A DNA stretch of 64,000 bases from Meyerozyma guilliermondii (taxonomy: Eukaryota): NCBI GenBank assembly GCA_051546255.1, contig CP128818.1:1178001-1242000 (forward strand). Direction: 5' to 3'. How positions within the stretch are numbered: the stretch's first letter is position 1; every line of letters starts with the position of its first letter. The notes below the pieces were generated by a model. That model had not been told where the DNA came from and did not search any database. It saw nothing but the letters and a program-made list of their open reading frames with translations. A program made the translations under genes and the position numbers. Shown here one piece after another: positions 32,173-43,866 of the stretch.

Positions 32173-33900
32173 ATGAGTGACATCCAAAAAGCTCAAGAAA
32201 CGGTGGATGTGGAATCTCTTACTACCTATGAGTCCTTCAAAGGCGAATATCACCCCGAGGACGTTGACCTTTTGGCGGAACCAATTGTTTTCAAGGATTC
32301 TTTGTTCAGTTTCCAAAATATCAAAGACAAGTTTAAGAAAAAGGATCCAAACTACTACGACCAGATAGCTACAAAACGGTCTGTCTTTGAGGACCCTGAT
32401 CCAGAAATTCTGCGAAAGTATTTTCCAACCAGTAAGTGGGAAAACTTTGCTTCCTTTGATCCATACTTTAGATGGACGAATAAGGAAGACAAGCTGATCA
32501 CCAGGAAAATGGATTTCAAGATTTTGACAATCGTGTGCTTTTTGTTTTTCTCGTTGAACATGGACAGAGGAAACTTTGCATCCGCGATAGCTGGTGGTAT
32601 TCTTAAAGACTTGAACTTATCAACTGATGACTACAATTTAGGAAACAATTTGAGATCCATTGGCTTTATAATAATGGAGATTCCGTCCCAAATGGTCGGC
32701 AAAAGATTCGGACCTGATTGGTGGATGCCGCTCCAGGTGGTATTGTGGTCGTTGGTTACTTTATTCCAGTTTTTTCTTGCGGGTAGAAAGTCGTACTTGG
32801 CATTGAGATTTTTACTTGGAGTTACTCAAGGAGGTTTTATTGCAGACTCCGTTCAGTACCTTTCCTACTACTATACCAGAGACCAAATGGCAGTTCGTTT
32901 GACTCTCTTTTGGGCTGTGGTCTCGCTATCAAGTATCATCAGCAATTTGATGTCTATTGGTCTATTACTGATTCACCTGAACGGAAAGGAAGGTTGGAGA
33001 TGGTTATTTCTTTATGAGGGTCTTATCTCTCTAATCTTTGGGATTGCAGCATTTTTCTTTATGGTTCCCGGACCAACACAAACCAAAACGAAGCTTTTTC
33101 CAAATGGGTATTTCACGGAAAAAGAAGAGAAGATTATTGCCAACAGATTGGTTCGAGATGACCCTTCCAAGTCAGATATGCACAATCGCCAGGGTGTCAG
33201 TTTCAAGCAGTTCTTGAAAGCTTTGTCAGATTACGATATCTGGCCATTGCTACTCGTTTCCTTGACGTTTCTAATTCCACAAACTCCACCTTCGGGCTAT
33301 TTGAATATCATTTTGAGGCAGATGGGGTTCTCTAGAAATAAGACAATTTTTCTTAACATCCCCATTGAATTCACCAATATAATCACTATGATTAGCATAT
33401 CGTTGATAAGCGAACTTGTGGACGAAAGAGCATTCATTTGTATCATTCCGCAAATATGGATGCTTATACCCATTGCTGTTGAATATGCCAATGCCGAATC
33501 AATTCTGTCATGGGGAAAGTATGCCCTTTTGTTCATAATCATTGTTAATCCAAACATTCAAGGTGTGTTGGTTTCTTGGATATCTCGAGTCTCGTACTCC
33601 GTCAGAACGAGAACAGTGGCTTCTCCAATGTCTAATATTGGTATACAACTAGCCGGAATTGTGGGACAGAACATTTATCGTGCTGACGATGCACCACTTT
33701 ACTTTCGAGGTAACAGAGTACTTATAGGACTTTGTTGCATGAATCTGGTTCTCTTTCTTCTATGTAAATTTTATTATGTTGCACGAAACAAGTATAAAAA
33801 AGGCAAATGGGAAGCTATGAGCGATTCTGAAAAAGAAGAGTATCTAGTCAAGCATGGAGACGATGGAAACAAGAGGTTGGATTATCTTTTTGAACACTGA
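32173..33900 (+). CDS. MFS DAL5/SOA1-like permease, copy 2
   Basis: Tandem paralogue of the adjacent ORFs with the same motifs. Confidence 0.9.
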   Translation: MSDIQKAQETVDVESLTTYESFKGEYHPEDVDLLAEPIVFKDSLFSFQNIKDKFKKKDPNYYDQIATKRSVFEDPDPEILRKYFPTSKWENFASFDPYFRWTNKEDKLITRKMDFKILTIVCFLFFSLNMDRGNFASAIAGGILKDLNLSTDDYNLGNNLRSIGFIIMEIPSQMVGKRFGPDWWMPLQVVLWSLVTLFQFFLAGRKSYLALRFLLGVTQGGFIADSVQYLSYYYTRDQMAVRLTLFWAVVSLSSIISNLMSIGLLLIHLNGKEGWRWLFLYEGLISLIFGIAAFFFMVPGPTQTKTKLFPNGYFTEKEEKIIANRLVRDDPSKSDMHNRQGVSFKQFLKALSDYDIWPLLLVSLTFLIPQTPPSGYLNIILRQMGFSRNKTIFLNIPIEFTNIITMISISLISELVDERAFICIIPQIWMLIPIAVEYANAESILSWGKYALLFIIIVNPNIQGVLVSWISRVSYSVRTRTVASPMSNIGIQLAGIVGQNIYRADDAPLYFRGNRVLIGLCCMNLVLFLLCKFYYVARNKYKKGKWEAMSDSEKEEYLVKHGDDGNKRLDYLFEH

Positions 33901-34424
33901 GCTAGCTGTATGAAAGGCTGTGGCTATTTCAATTTTCAGTTTTTTTGGCTGCAAAAATTCAGTTAATTTTTGAATTCCGACAATTGGCACTTGGTCTCTA
34001 ACCATAGTGTGACGCCTGAGCAAACTATACGGTTTAAACGGTATTTTCAAGGCGCAAGCTGTGTTAGCTGAGTTTGAACCAAAATGGTTCAGTGTCTCGC
34101 TTCAAATTGGTTCTAGGTCTATGGCGCCATTTCGAATAAGTATTCATCAATGAAATAGTCGCTTAATACCCTTTATGGTATGTGAAGGTGGCTTGGTCTG
34201 TCAAAAGTTTATTTACCACACTGGACCCTAATACGGGTTCAGACACCACACCAAAATTGCGTGCTATTGCGTTAGCGACAGTGGCTTGTAAAATAATTTG
34301 CAGCCAAAACGGGCAACAAAGGTTGCGGTCTCGGGATTGGCCGTGTGGTATAGCGGTGGTTACTGGTTCCACAGTAACCACTATATAAAGCAGCCAGGAT
34401 GAATTTCAGGATGATTTGTGCACA

Positions 34425-36152
34425 ATGAGTGACATTGAGAAGACCCAGGAATCGGTGGTGGTGGAATCTCTCACTACCTATGAATCTTTCAAAGGCGATT
34501 ACTTCCCTAAAGATTTTGATCTTTTGGCGGAACCAATTGTTTTCAAGGATTCTTTGTTCAGTTTCGAAAACGTCAAAGACATTTTCAAGAAGAGGGACCC
34601 CAACTACTACGACCAGATAGCTACAAGAAGATCGGTTTTCGAGAACCCAGATCCAGCGATTCAGAGAAAATACTTTCCAACCTCCAAATGGGAAAACTTT
34701 GCTTCGTTTGATCCATACTTTAGATGGACAAAGAGAGAGGATAGACAGATCACCAGGAAGATGGACTTTAAGATTTTGACAATAGTGTGTTTTTTGTTCT
34801 TTTCTTTAAACATGGATAGAGGAAACTTTGGATCGGCGATCGCTGGTGGTATTCTCAAGGACTTGAAGTTGTCCACCAACGACTTCAATTTGGGAAGCAA
34901 TTTAAGATCCATTGGCTTCATAATAACTGAAATACCTTCTCAAATGATAGGCAAAAAGTTTGGGCCTGACTGGTGGATGCCGCTACAAGTTGTATTGTGG
35001 TCTTTGGTCACTTTGTTCCAATTCTTTCTTGCCGGTAGAAAATCGTTCTTGGCGTTGAGATTTTTGCTTGGAGTGACTCAAGGAGGCTTTATTGCAGACT
35101 CTGTCCAGTACCTTTCGTACTATTATACTAGAGACCAAATGGCAATAAGGTTGACCCTTTTTTGGGCTGTTGTGTCACTCTCAAGTATCATTAGTAACTT
35201 GATGTCTATTGGGTTGTTAGCGATACATGAGGATGGAAAGGAAGGCTGGAGATGGTTGTTTCTTTATGAAGGTCTTATCTCCCTTATTTTTGGAATTGCT
35301 TCCTTCTTCTTTATGGTTCCCGGACCAACACAAACGAAGAGCAAGCTTTTTCCAAATGGATATTTCACTGAAAGAGAAGAGAAAATCATAGCCAACAGAT
35401 TGGTTCGAGATGATCCTTCCAAATCAGATATGCACAATCGGCAGGCAGTCAGCGTGAAGCAATTTTTTCAAGCTTTGTCAGATTACGATATTTGGCCGCT
35501 ACTTCTTGTTTCGTTGACGTTTTTCATTCCCTATTATCCAGTTTCAAACTACTTGAATATCATTTTGAGGCGTATGGGGTATTCCACAAATGAAACCATT
35601 TTTCTCAACATCCCCATTGAGTTTATCTACATGGTCACTATGATTGGCATCTCGATTTTAAGTGAGATTGTGGACGAAAGAGCATTCATTTGTATCATTC
35701 CACAAATATGGATGCTAGTTCCCATTGCTGTTGAATATGCCAATGCCAAGTGGATCCTGTCATGGGGCAAATATGCAATTATGTTTGTTCTCCTTGTCGC
35801 CCCCAACGTTCAGGGTGTTTTAGTGTCTTGGATATCTCGAGTTTCATATTCCGTTAGAACGAGAACCGTGGCATCCCCAATGTCCAATATTGGTATGCAA
35901 CTAGCAAATATTGTAGGACAAAACGTTTATCGTGCTGACGATGCACTGCTCTACTTTCGAGGTAATAGGGCCCTTATTGGAATTTGTTGCTTGAATGTGG
36001 TCCTTTTTCTTCTTTGCAAGTTTTATTATGTTGCAAGAAACAAGTATAAAAAAGGCAAGTGGGACGCTATGAGTGATTCTGAAAAGGAACAGTACCTTTC
36101 CAAGCATGGAGACGATGGAAACAAGAGACTAGATTATCTTTTTGAGCATTGA
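34425..36152 (+). CDS. MFS DAL5/SOA1-like permease, copy 3
   Basis: Tandem paralogue; ATG at 34425; upstream intergenic region homologous to that of copy 2. Confidence 0.9.
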   Translation: MSDIEKTQESVVVESLTTYESFKGDYFPKDFDLLAEPIVFKDSLFSFENVKDIFKKRDPNYYDQIATRRSVFENPDPAIQRKYFPTSKWENFASFDPYFRWTKREDRQITRKMDFKILTIVCFLFFSLNMDRGNFGSAIAGGILKDLKLSTNDFNLGSNLRSIGFIITEIPSQMIGKKFGPDWWMPLQVVLWSLVTLFQFFLAGRKSFLALRFLLGVTQGGFIADSVQYLSYYYTRDQMAIRLTLFWAVVSLSSIISNLMSIGLLAIHEDGKEGWRWLFLYEGLISLIFGIASFFFMVPGPTQTKSKLFPNGYFTEREEKIIANRLVRDDPSKSDMHNRQAVSVKQFFQALSDYDIWPLLLVSLTFFIPYYPVSNYLNIILRRMGYSTNETIFLNIPIEFIYMVTMIGISILSEIVDERAFICIIPQIWMLVPIAVEYANAKWILSWGKYAIMFVLLVAPNVQGVLVSWISRVSYSVRTRTVASPMSNIGMQLANIVGQNVYRADDALLYFRGNRALIGICCLNVVLFLLCKFYYVARNKYKKGKWDAMSDSEKEQYLSKHGDDGNKRLDYLFEH

Positions 36153-36230
36153 CTTGAAAAGCGAAACAAAATATACTTTCACGTCTCGTAGTAGATTCTT
36201 TCATTCTTCGATAAATTTGGTTTTTTGCAA

Positions 36231-36384
36231 TTTGCTCATTCTTCCCAATTCAGCTCCAATTCTCGAACCACCAAAATGCTCACTCTATTGCTGCAAAGAG
36301 TAATTTACTCGCTGCAAAATAATTTTCTCGTATTTGCTGGTGGATCGCTTATCGACACTTACCAGAATGGATTTAATTTGCTCA
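36231..36384 (+). promoter_or_regulatory. Two Mac1 copper-response elements upstream of the Ctr gene
   Basis: TTTGCTCA at 36231-36238 and 36377-36384; TATAAATA near 36397. Confidence 0.8.
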
Positions 36385-36444
36385 ACCACAAATTGATATA
36401 AATACCATCAGATTTTTTCCAAAGCTACCTCATCTGCTTTCAAA

Positions 36445-36999
36445 ATGGATATGGGAAGCAGCCCTGAACATGCGTGCAAGATTTCCATGTTGTGGAACTG
36501 GTACACCATTGATAGTTGTTTCATTGCCAGGAGTTGGCATGTTCGAACCAAAGGAATGTTTGCTGGTACATGTATTGGGGTTTTCTTGATGGTATTCTTT
36601 TCTCAGTGGTTGGCACGATTGGCTAAAGAATTTGACAAAGCGGTAGATTCTCAGCGAGTTGTTAGGTCTTTTCCATTAGAATCTGACTCTAGTGTGGACA
36701 AGAGTGGTGACTATTGTGCTCCTCGAGCGCAGAAAGCCAAAACCATAGATCAGCCCATTCTTTACACACTCAGTCATAGATGGCTCTTTCAACCAGCCAA
36801 CGTTTCTTTCGTGAACCACGTTATCAAGTGTGGTTTATTCACCATCCAATGGGGTTTATCGTACCTTATCATGTTGTTGTTCATGTACTACAACGGGTAC
36901 GTGATTATCAGCTGTATTTTGGGAGCTTTTTTTGGAAAGATGGCGTTTTCAGTGAGTGAACCACCAGCGTTGGAGGAGGTTTCGTGCTGCAAGGAATAG
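36445..36999 (+). CDS. Ctr-family high-affinity copper transporter (Ctr3-like)
   Basis: CKISMLWNWYTIDSCF, MLLFMYYNG (MxxxM), GAFFG (GxxxG) and C-terminal CC. Confidence 0.9.
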   Translation: MDMGSSPEHACKISMLWNWYTIDSCFIARSWHVRTKGMFAGTCIGVFLMVFFSQWLARLAKEFDKAVDSQRVVRSFPLESDSSVDKSGDYCAPRAQKAKTIDQPILYTLSHRWLFQPANVSFVNHVIKCGLFTIQWGLSYLIMLLFMYYNGYVIISCILGAFFGKMAFSVSEPPALEEVSCCKE

Positions 37000-37554
37000 G
37001 CAAAAAATAGTGAAAGAATAAAGCAATTGAGGAATAATACACTTGACGAGGGGATAAGTAAAGAGTGTCTTGGCTTTTGTTAGTAGAGCTGTTGTTTTTA
37101 TTGTTCACATTGTTCAACTTTTCGCAACCGTCGCTCGCAACTTTTGTGCGTTTGCAGCAATTGAAAGTTGCAATCGGTGCGGCTCGCGCGCTTTGTAAGA
37201 GCTTCGCTTCCGCGGTAAAATTGTTGCATTCTTCCTTGTGTGCGAAAATGCTCGCGAAACGAGAAGAATACGGGAAGAGAATAAGTTAGTGTTCAACCCA
37301 TTATATTTACCTAAGCCTTTATTATTCACCATTTTCTTCCTCTGTTTTTACATTCTACTTCACTCTTTCCTTTTCTTTTATTCTTACTTTCTCCATTTAG
37401 TTTTACTTCTCCTTCTCTTTCATTTCCACACTTTGGCTTCGCCTCAGTGTCCAGTGTCTCAGTCCCAAAATAGACCACACCAAGACACCATTCTTATCGC
37501 GCTGATTCTAAATTTTTTCCACGTTCTCAACCAGTTCGTTTCGACTTTCGCACT

Positions 37555-39177
37555 ATGACCGATTCACCGATCGCCTCCGAGGCAACTTCTGTCACCGTGA
37601 GTTCGAAGCCCAAGCCGACACATCTCTTTGTGCTTGTACATGGTCTTTTGGGTGGACCGAATCACATGCAATCTATAGAGCGGTGCATCAAGACACTTTT
37701 GCCCAGCGAGTCCAAACACAAAATTGTCACGTTACGCCCGTCATCTTTTCGGTTTTGGAAGACTTTTGATGGGCTCAAGCTTAATGCCGAGCGAGTGATC
37801 ACCGATATTCTTTATGAGATCGAAACCCTCCGCCAGGAAAACAACTTGAAGGTGGAAAAAATCAGTCTTGTTGGCTACTCATTGGGAGGTCTCATCTCAC
37901 GATATGTGATTGGAATGCTTGAAGAAATTGGGTTTTTCGATATCGTGGAGCCTGTATTCTTCACCACCTTTGCTACGCCTCACGTTGGTGTGGAATTCCT
38001 CAACAATAATGTCTTTGATAGAACCGCCAATGCTCTCGGCCAGTACCTTTTTGGGTACACGGGAACCCAAATGTTCCTCACCGACTCCCAGAGCACATTG
38101 GTATCGATGGCAGACCCGGAAAAGAAGTACATCAAGGGTCTTTTACGGTTCCAAAAACACATCTTGTTGGCTAATGTTCGCAACGATCGCACAGTGCCAT
38201 TTTTCACATCTTTCATTTCCCAACACTCGCCTTTCGACCAGTGGAGTATCATCAAAATCAAGTATTTGAAAGACTTGCCGCAAGCTCACATCGGTCGGTC
38301 GCATGTACGGCCCAAGTTCGTCGACTTGACCAGATCTCATGTCCTCGAACCAACGAGTTCCGATAAGGGGAATATCCAGGAAGGCACTTCTTTTTGGAGA
38401 CGCAATAGATTCGCTCGCTTTGTTGTCGTAGTGGCAGTGATGCTGCTTCTCCTTCCAATATGGATACCTGTGATCATCATTGGGTCTTCATTTGCTTCGA
38501 TGTACAGCTATATCAAGTTGCAAATCATCTCCACTCCGCAAGTAGCTTCACATTGGGATAAGGTCAAAGGATCGGTTTACGGAACTAAGCCTGTAGATCC
38601 TGAAGATGCCGAAATTGGTCAGAATAGACGAGCACAGCGCAAAAAACTAGCCCGCCATGATACCTTTAAAGGAGATACCTCGGAGTTGACCGAAAATGCC
38701 ATGGAAAATATGTTATATGCTGAAGCTCGAATTACAGGAAAGAGTCCCAGAATTACCAACGACGACGAAACGGCGGAAGAACTTCGAGAGGAAGACACCG
38801 AGACCGAGGTTGACGAGACAGACGCCGATGCCAACAACCTGATTATCCTGAAGTTCACCAAAGGACTTCGCGCCGTTGACATCGATGCCGCTGCAAATGA
38901 TGCTGCAATCGACCGCCACTTGCAAACCCTTATGACCAAAGACCTCACCAAGTTTCCCGTTTTCACACCAAAATCAAAGTTAAACCTCAGCGAGGATAAA
39001 CGTTATATCATTGAAAACCTCAATAACATCGACTGGATCAAGGTTCCAGTGTACATAGATGCGTGGAATGCCCACGACGGCATCATAGCAAGAAGAGGGC
39101 CGCGGACAAATACCAAGGGAACTGCCACCATCGGTCTTTGGGTTTCTATTCTTCGGCGCCATTTGCAAGAAAATTGA
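37555..39177 (+). CDS. DUF676 putative serine esterase/lipase (Lpl1/Rog1-like)
   Basis: HLFVLVHGL.G, VGYSLGGL (GxSxG), FATPHVG, NDRTVPF, NAHDGIIARR; TM segment. Confidence 0.85.
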   Translation: MTDSPIASEATSVTVSSKPKPTHLFVLVHGLLGGPNHMQSIERCIKTLLPSESKHKIVTLRPSSFRFWKTFDGLKLNAERVITDILYEIETLRQENNLKVEKISLVGYSLGGLISRYVIGMLEEIGFFDIVEPVFFTTFATPHVGVEFLNNNVFDRTANALGQYLFGYTGTQMFLTDSQSTLVSMADPEKKYIKGLLRFQKHILLANVRNDRTVPFFTSFISQHSPFDQWSIIKIKYLKDLPQAHIGRSHVRPKFVDLTRSHVLEPTSSDKGNIQEGTSFWRRNRFARFVVVVAVMLLLLPIWIPVIIIGSSFASMYSYIKLQIISTPQVASHWDKVKGSVYGTKPVDPEDAEIGQNRRAQRKKLARHDTFKGDTSELTENAMENMLYAEARITGKSPRITNDDETAEELREEDTETEVDETDADANNLIILKFTKGLRAVDIDAAANDAAIDRHLQTLMTKDLTKFPVFTPKSKLNLSEDKRYIIENLNNIDWIKVPVYIDAWNAHDGIIARRGPRTNTKGTATIGLWVSILRRHLQEN

Positions 39178-39443
39178 TGGCTATGAACGACTGAGATACC
39201 ATGCGCATATACTACCTATAATCTGACCAAGTGATGCGGGCCACTTGTCTACAATATTATTTATTTTTTCATACATTCACCACTAAATTGATCACTGTCA
39301 TCACTATCTCCACCATCACTAAACCTGGCTTAATTCTATCACTGAAATTTCTCTCAACTTTTTCACCTTCTCCCCACGCTTCACTATAGCTCTTAAATCT
39401 TTGCTCTTAGCTCTTTTCTCTTAGCTCTTTGCTCGTTTCATCA

Positions 39444-40730
39444 CTATAATTCATCGTGCATAACACTCGTGGTCTTGTTACATATATCCTTAGGACAGTT
39501 CAACCACCATATTTTTACCAGGTGGGCATCAATTGACGTTGACAATTCTTTGCTCACCAAAGTAGTTTCGTTTGTCCATAATTCGGTGAATTCGAAACTT
39601 TTTGCAGCATTAACTCTATCAGTGAGGAAAATATCTTCAAAGTTCAAAACAGTGTTATTCACTTTGTTGCCGCTATTGAACAAAGTTACAGCAAATGTTC
39701 CATCTTTCAAAATGTTGGTGAACAAGTGTAAATGACCACCACTAACAGGTTTTTTCCACACTCGATATGCTGGATTTGAGTCGTCTTGGTTGATAGCGAT
39801 AATTGCCTTATTGGTGACGATGTTAAAATCTTCCTTTGACATATCAGTTACATCGTTGCCCAACACTAGAGGGCTCTTGAGAATTGCCCACAAGGTGAAA
39901 TGTGCCTTGTACTCGTCGGTAGACATTCCACCATTACCAACTTCCAAGCTATCCAAGTCGTTCCATCCCAGAAATGGACCAGCCTTTTGACCTAAAGGTA
40001 CAGCTTTCTCTAGTATGTTGGTCATGGAGCACATACCACCCTGGACGGCTCTGCAATCATAAGTCTGACAGGGACACCTATCGTCGTAGCGATCAAAAGA
40101 GTCGTATATATCGCCGGTGATGCGCCAAGAATTTGCAACCGTTGAACCCCAGTCCCAAACCTGGTCTTCTCCCCATTGGCACAAGGAGTAGAAAACAGGT
40201 CTTCCGGTCTGTAGAAGTGCTTTGGACATTGCCTCGTATCTTTGGTAGCTGATTTGGGGAGTTCCACTATTACCTTCATTGAAGCAATTGTCGTATTTCA
40301 AGTAGTCGATTTCCCAATCATTGACAAACGTTTCAGCATCAATTTTTTCATAGTGTAAGGACCCAGGGTATCCAGCACAGGTGTACTTTCCCGCCGAAGA
40401 ATACATACCAAATTTGAACCCCAATTCATGGATCCTCCTGGAGAGACTGCGTATACCATTTGGAAATTTTGCAGCATCTTCCACCATTTTATGCGATATG
40501 GGGTCCCGTTCCTTCAACGCATAACAATCGTCCATGACTATATATTCGTAGCCATACTCCAAAAGACCAAGCTCTTTCATTTTCTCGGCGGTTTGAAGGA
40601 TAACCGTCTCATTGATGTTGCATGCAAACTTGTTCCACGAGTTCCAGCCCATTTGCGGCTTCTTTCCCAAGCCATTGTCAAATGCTAAAGTCAAAGAAAA
40701 CCCAAAAATGAAAAGTAATAGGATACGCAT
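39444..40730 (-). CDS. GH27 alpha-galactosidase (melibiase-like) with signal peptide and C-terminal HDEL
   Basis: PQMGWNSWN, YIVMDDCY, DYLKYDNC, SWRITGDI and WNDLDSLEVG motifs; ATG at 40730; ends ...VMHDEL. Confidence 0.93.
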   Translation of the reverse strand: MRILLLFIFGFSLTLAFDNGLGKKPQMGWNSWNKFACNINETVILQTAEKMKELGLLEYGYEYIVMDDCYALKERDPISHKMVEDAAKFPNGIRSLSRRIHELGFKFGMYSSAGKYTCAGYPGSLHYEKIDAETFVNDWEIDYLKYDNCFNEGNSGTPQISYQRYEAMSKALLQTGRPVFYSLCQWGEDQVWDWGSTVANSWRITGDIYDSFDRYDDRCPCQTYDCRAVQGGMCSMTNILEKAVPLGQKAGPFLGWNDLDSLEVGNGGMSTDEYKAHFTLWAILKSPLVLGNDVTDMSKEDFNIVTNKAIIAINQDDSNPAYRVWKKPVSGGHLHLFTNILKDGTFAVTLFNSGNKVNNTVLNFEDIFLTDRVNAAKSFEFTELWTNETTLVSKELSTSIDAHLVKIWWLNCPKDICNKTTSVMHDEL

Positions 40731-41384
40731 AGTCAATTGAGGTTAGAGGAGCAGCCCACATTGTTCAGTCGCTCTTATATAACGATGCGGAAAAATGAGT
40801 TGAGGGGATACCCCAATTATTGCGCAGCGACGTGCAGCACTGACGGTTGCGACGAAATACTTTCCGGTCAGATCGATTTTTCAAGCTGATAAATGAATGT
40901 GATGATTTGGAAACATGAAGATAGGACAATGGTTAAGGTACAAAACAGGATGTCTTTTTGGGGTTAATTGCATTTATGTTGAGATTGAGGACCAAGAGGT
41001 TTTCGCAGCCATTTGCCGATGCTGAATTTGTCGAGATTTCACAGCAAATACAAAATTTACAATGAATGCAAGTGGGTCAAGGAGATAGCAATTGTTTACT
41101 TGAAGACTTTTCTGTTCTTTACATAAAAAGGAGAAAACGAGCTCTATCTTCCTTGAGCTTCTTCTTCACTTCAGGAAATTTTCAATTTCAATTACATTCC
41201 TTTTCAAGCTTCCTTGTATTCTTTCCTTTTGTCCATTCTGTCATCAATTGTGAACTTGTTCCATTGTCTATTTGCCACAGAGACGTGTTCCACGTTCCAG
41301 TGGCTTAGTGGTTCTTGACATATTATCTCCGCAATCTCCGACACGTCAAAACCTATAAAAGGCAAGGCAGGATCAGCACCTCCA

Positions 41385-42368
41385 ATGACAACAATTTTCA
41401 TTTCCGGCGCCACGGGCTATGTTGCCCAACACATCATCAAGCTTTCGCTTCTGAAGGGATATTTTGTGATTGGGTCGGTTCGAAGTGCAGCTAAAGGTGA
41501 GAGATTAAGGCAACTTTTCAACAGTGAAAAATTCACATATGAGATTGCAGAAAAGTTAGAAAATCCCGGTGCTTTCAATCAGGTTTTGCAAAAACATCCA
41601 GAGATCTCTGTTTTCATCCACACGGCTTCTCCAGTCACAATGAACGCAAAAGACCCAGAAAAAGATACCATGATTCCGGCCCTCGAAGGGTCCAAGAATG
41701 CCCTCAATGCCATTTATGAATTTGGCCACAACATCAAAAAAGTGATCCTTACGTCTTCATACGTGGCTTTGTCGGATCTTTTGACTCCTGGACGTACAGC
41801 GACTGAATCAACGTGGAATAGTGTGACTTGGGAAATGGCAAAGGCCGATGGAAGACTCGCATATCATGCCTCGAAAAAATACGCCGAAAAGGTAGCGTGG
41901 GACTTTGTGAAGGATAAAAACGTAGGGTTTGAATTCACCCTGATAAACCCAGCCTATGTTTTTGGTCCTCAGGCATTTGATGAGGATGCAAAAGGAACCC
42001 TCAATCTCTCGGCCGAGATGATCTGCTCATTAACAAGATTGAAAGAAGGTGACGAAGTTGCCACGAAACGGCGGCCTTTTATTGACGTGAGAGATGTAGC
42101 CAAGGCACACGTACTAGCTGTTGAAAGGGATTTTGCGGGCAAGAGATTACTTATGGCTGAATCCAATTTTTCGCAGCAATTGGCATTGAACATTATTCGC
42201 AAGCAGTTCTCACATTTAAACCTTCCACCCGGTAACCCAGATGCTGACGGAAAAGACGATCTATTTGATAACTCGAAGACGAGACAGCTTCTAGGATTTG
42301 AGTTCATTGACCTCGAGACCTCGATCCGAGACATGGTGACCCAGTACTTGAAAAACGAACAATTATAG
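41385..42368 (+). CDS. Gre2-like NADPH-dependent methylglyoxal/aldehyde reductase (extended SDR)
   Basis: ISGATGYVA, HTASP, YHASKKYAE (YxxxK), NPAYVFGP and IDVRDVAKAH motifs. Confidence 0.9.
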   Translation: MTTIFISGATGYVAQHIIKLSLLKGYFVIGSVRSAAKGERLRQLFNSEKFTYEIAEKLENPGAFNQVLQKHPEISVFIHTASPVTMNAKDPEKDTMIPALEGSKNALNAIYEFGHNIKKVILTSSYVALSDLLTPGRTATESTWNSVTWEMAKADGRLAYHASKKYAEKVAWDFVKDKNVGFEFTLINPAYVFGPQAFDEDAKGTLNLSAEMICSLTRLKEGDEVATKRRPFIDVRDVAKAHVLAVERDFAGKRLLMAESNFSQQLALNIIRKQFSHLNLPPGNPDADGKDDLFDNSKTRQLLGFEFIDLETSIRDMVTQYLKNEQL

Positions 42369-42861
42369 ATGTGGTTTCATTGAGTGATATGTGTAAGGCT
42401 TCTAGTACTGTTTATGAATTGAATTGAAACTTGGCTCATTTAGCAAAATCATCGTTTGCATCTAATTACGAGGTGCGTACGTCAAACCTATTTATGCATG
42501 CGAACATAAAAAATAACTGTCATCATATGCAAGTAGATAATGTCAAAACATCTTATCAGGTAGTAGATTAAAGCTCCTCAAAATATACAGCACACATATC
42601 GCAAGACCAGCGTATTTCCAGGATAGCACCAGATCGAATATGGAACGACTTTCTATTATCGTGACCTCATTTGAGCAAATAATGAATGTTTTAGGCAACA
42701 CCTATTTGTCATCTTGCACCACGAGACTACATTTTTACCCAGAGCAGATAGGTGACCTTTTACAGGTGGTCATCTAGCGTACACATTTGTCATCGAGACC
42801 CTTTCTTTTTCATGTAGACCAGATATAAATAGGCGATGAATCTGGTACTCACCAGAATTGA

Positions 42862-43866
<1,005 letters not shown>

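Noticed and set aside
39240..39443. Low-complexity CTCTT/CACT repeats between convergent genes
   Set aside because: Short, irregular pyrimidine-rich terminator-region sequence with no definable unit
26099..40730. Functional cluster of ERD2, the PDI-like protein and the HDEL-bearing alpha-galactosidase
   Set aside because: Unrelated genes intervene over more than 11 kb; proximity to the glycosidase is probably coincidental
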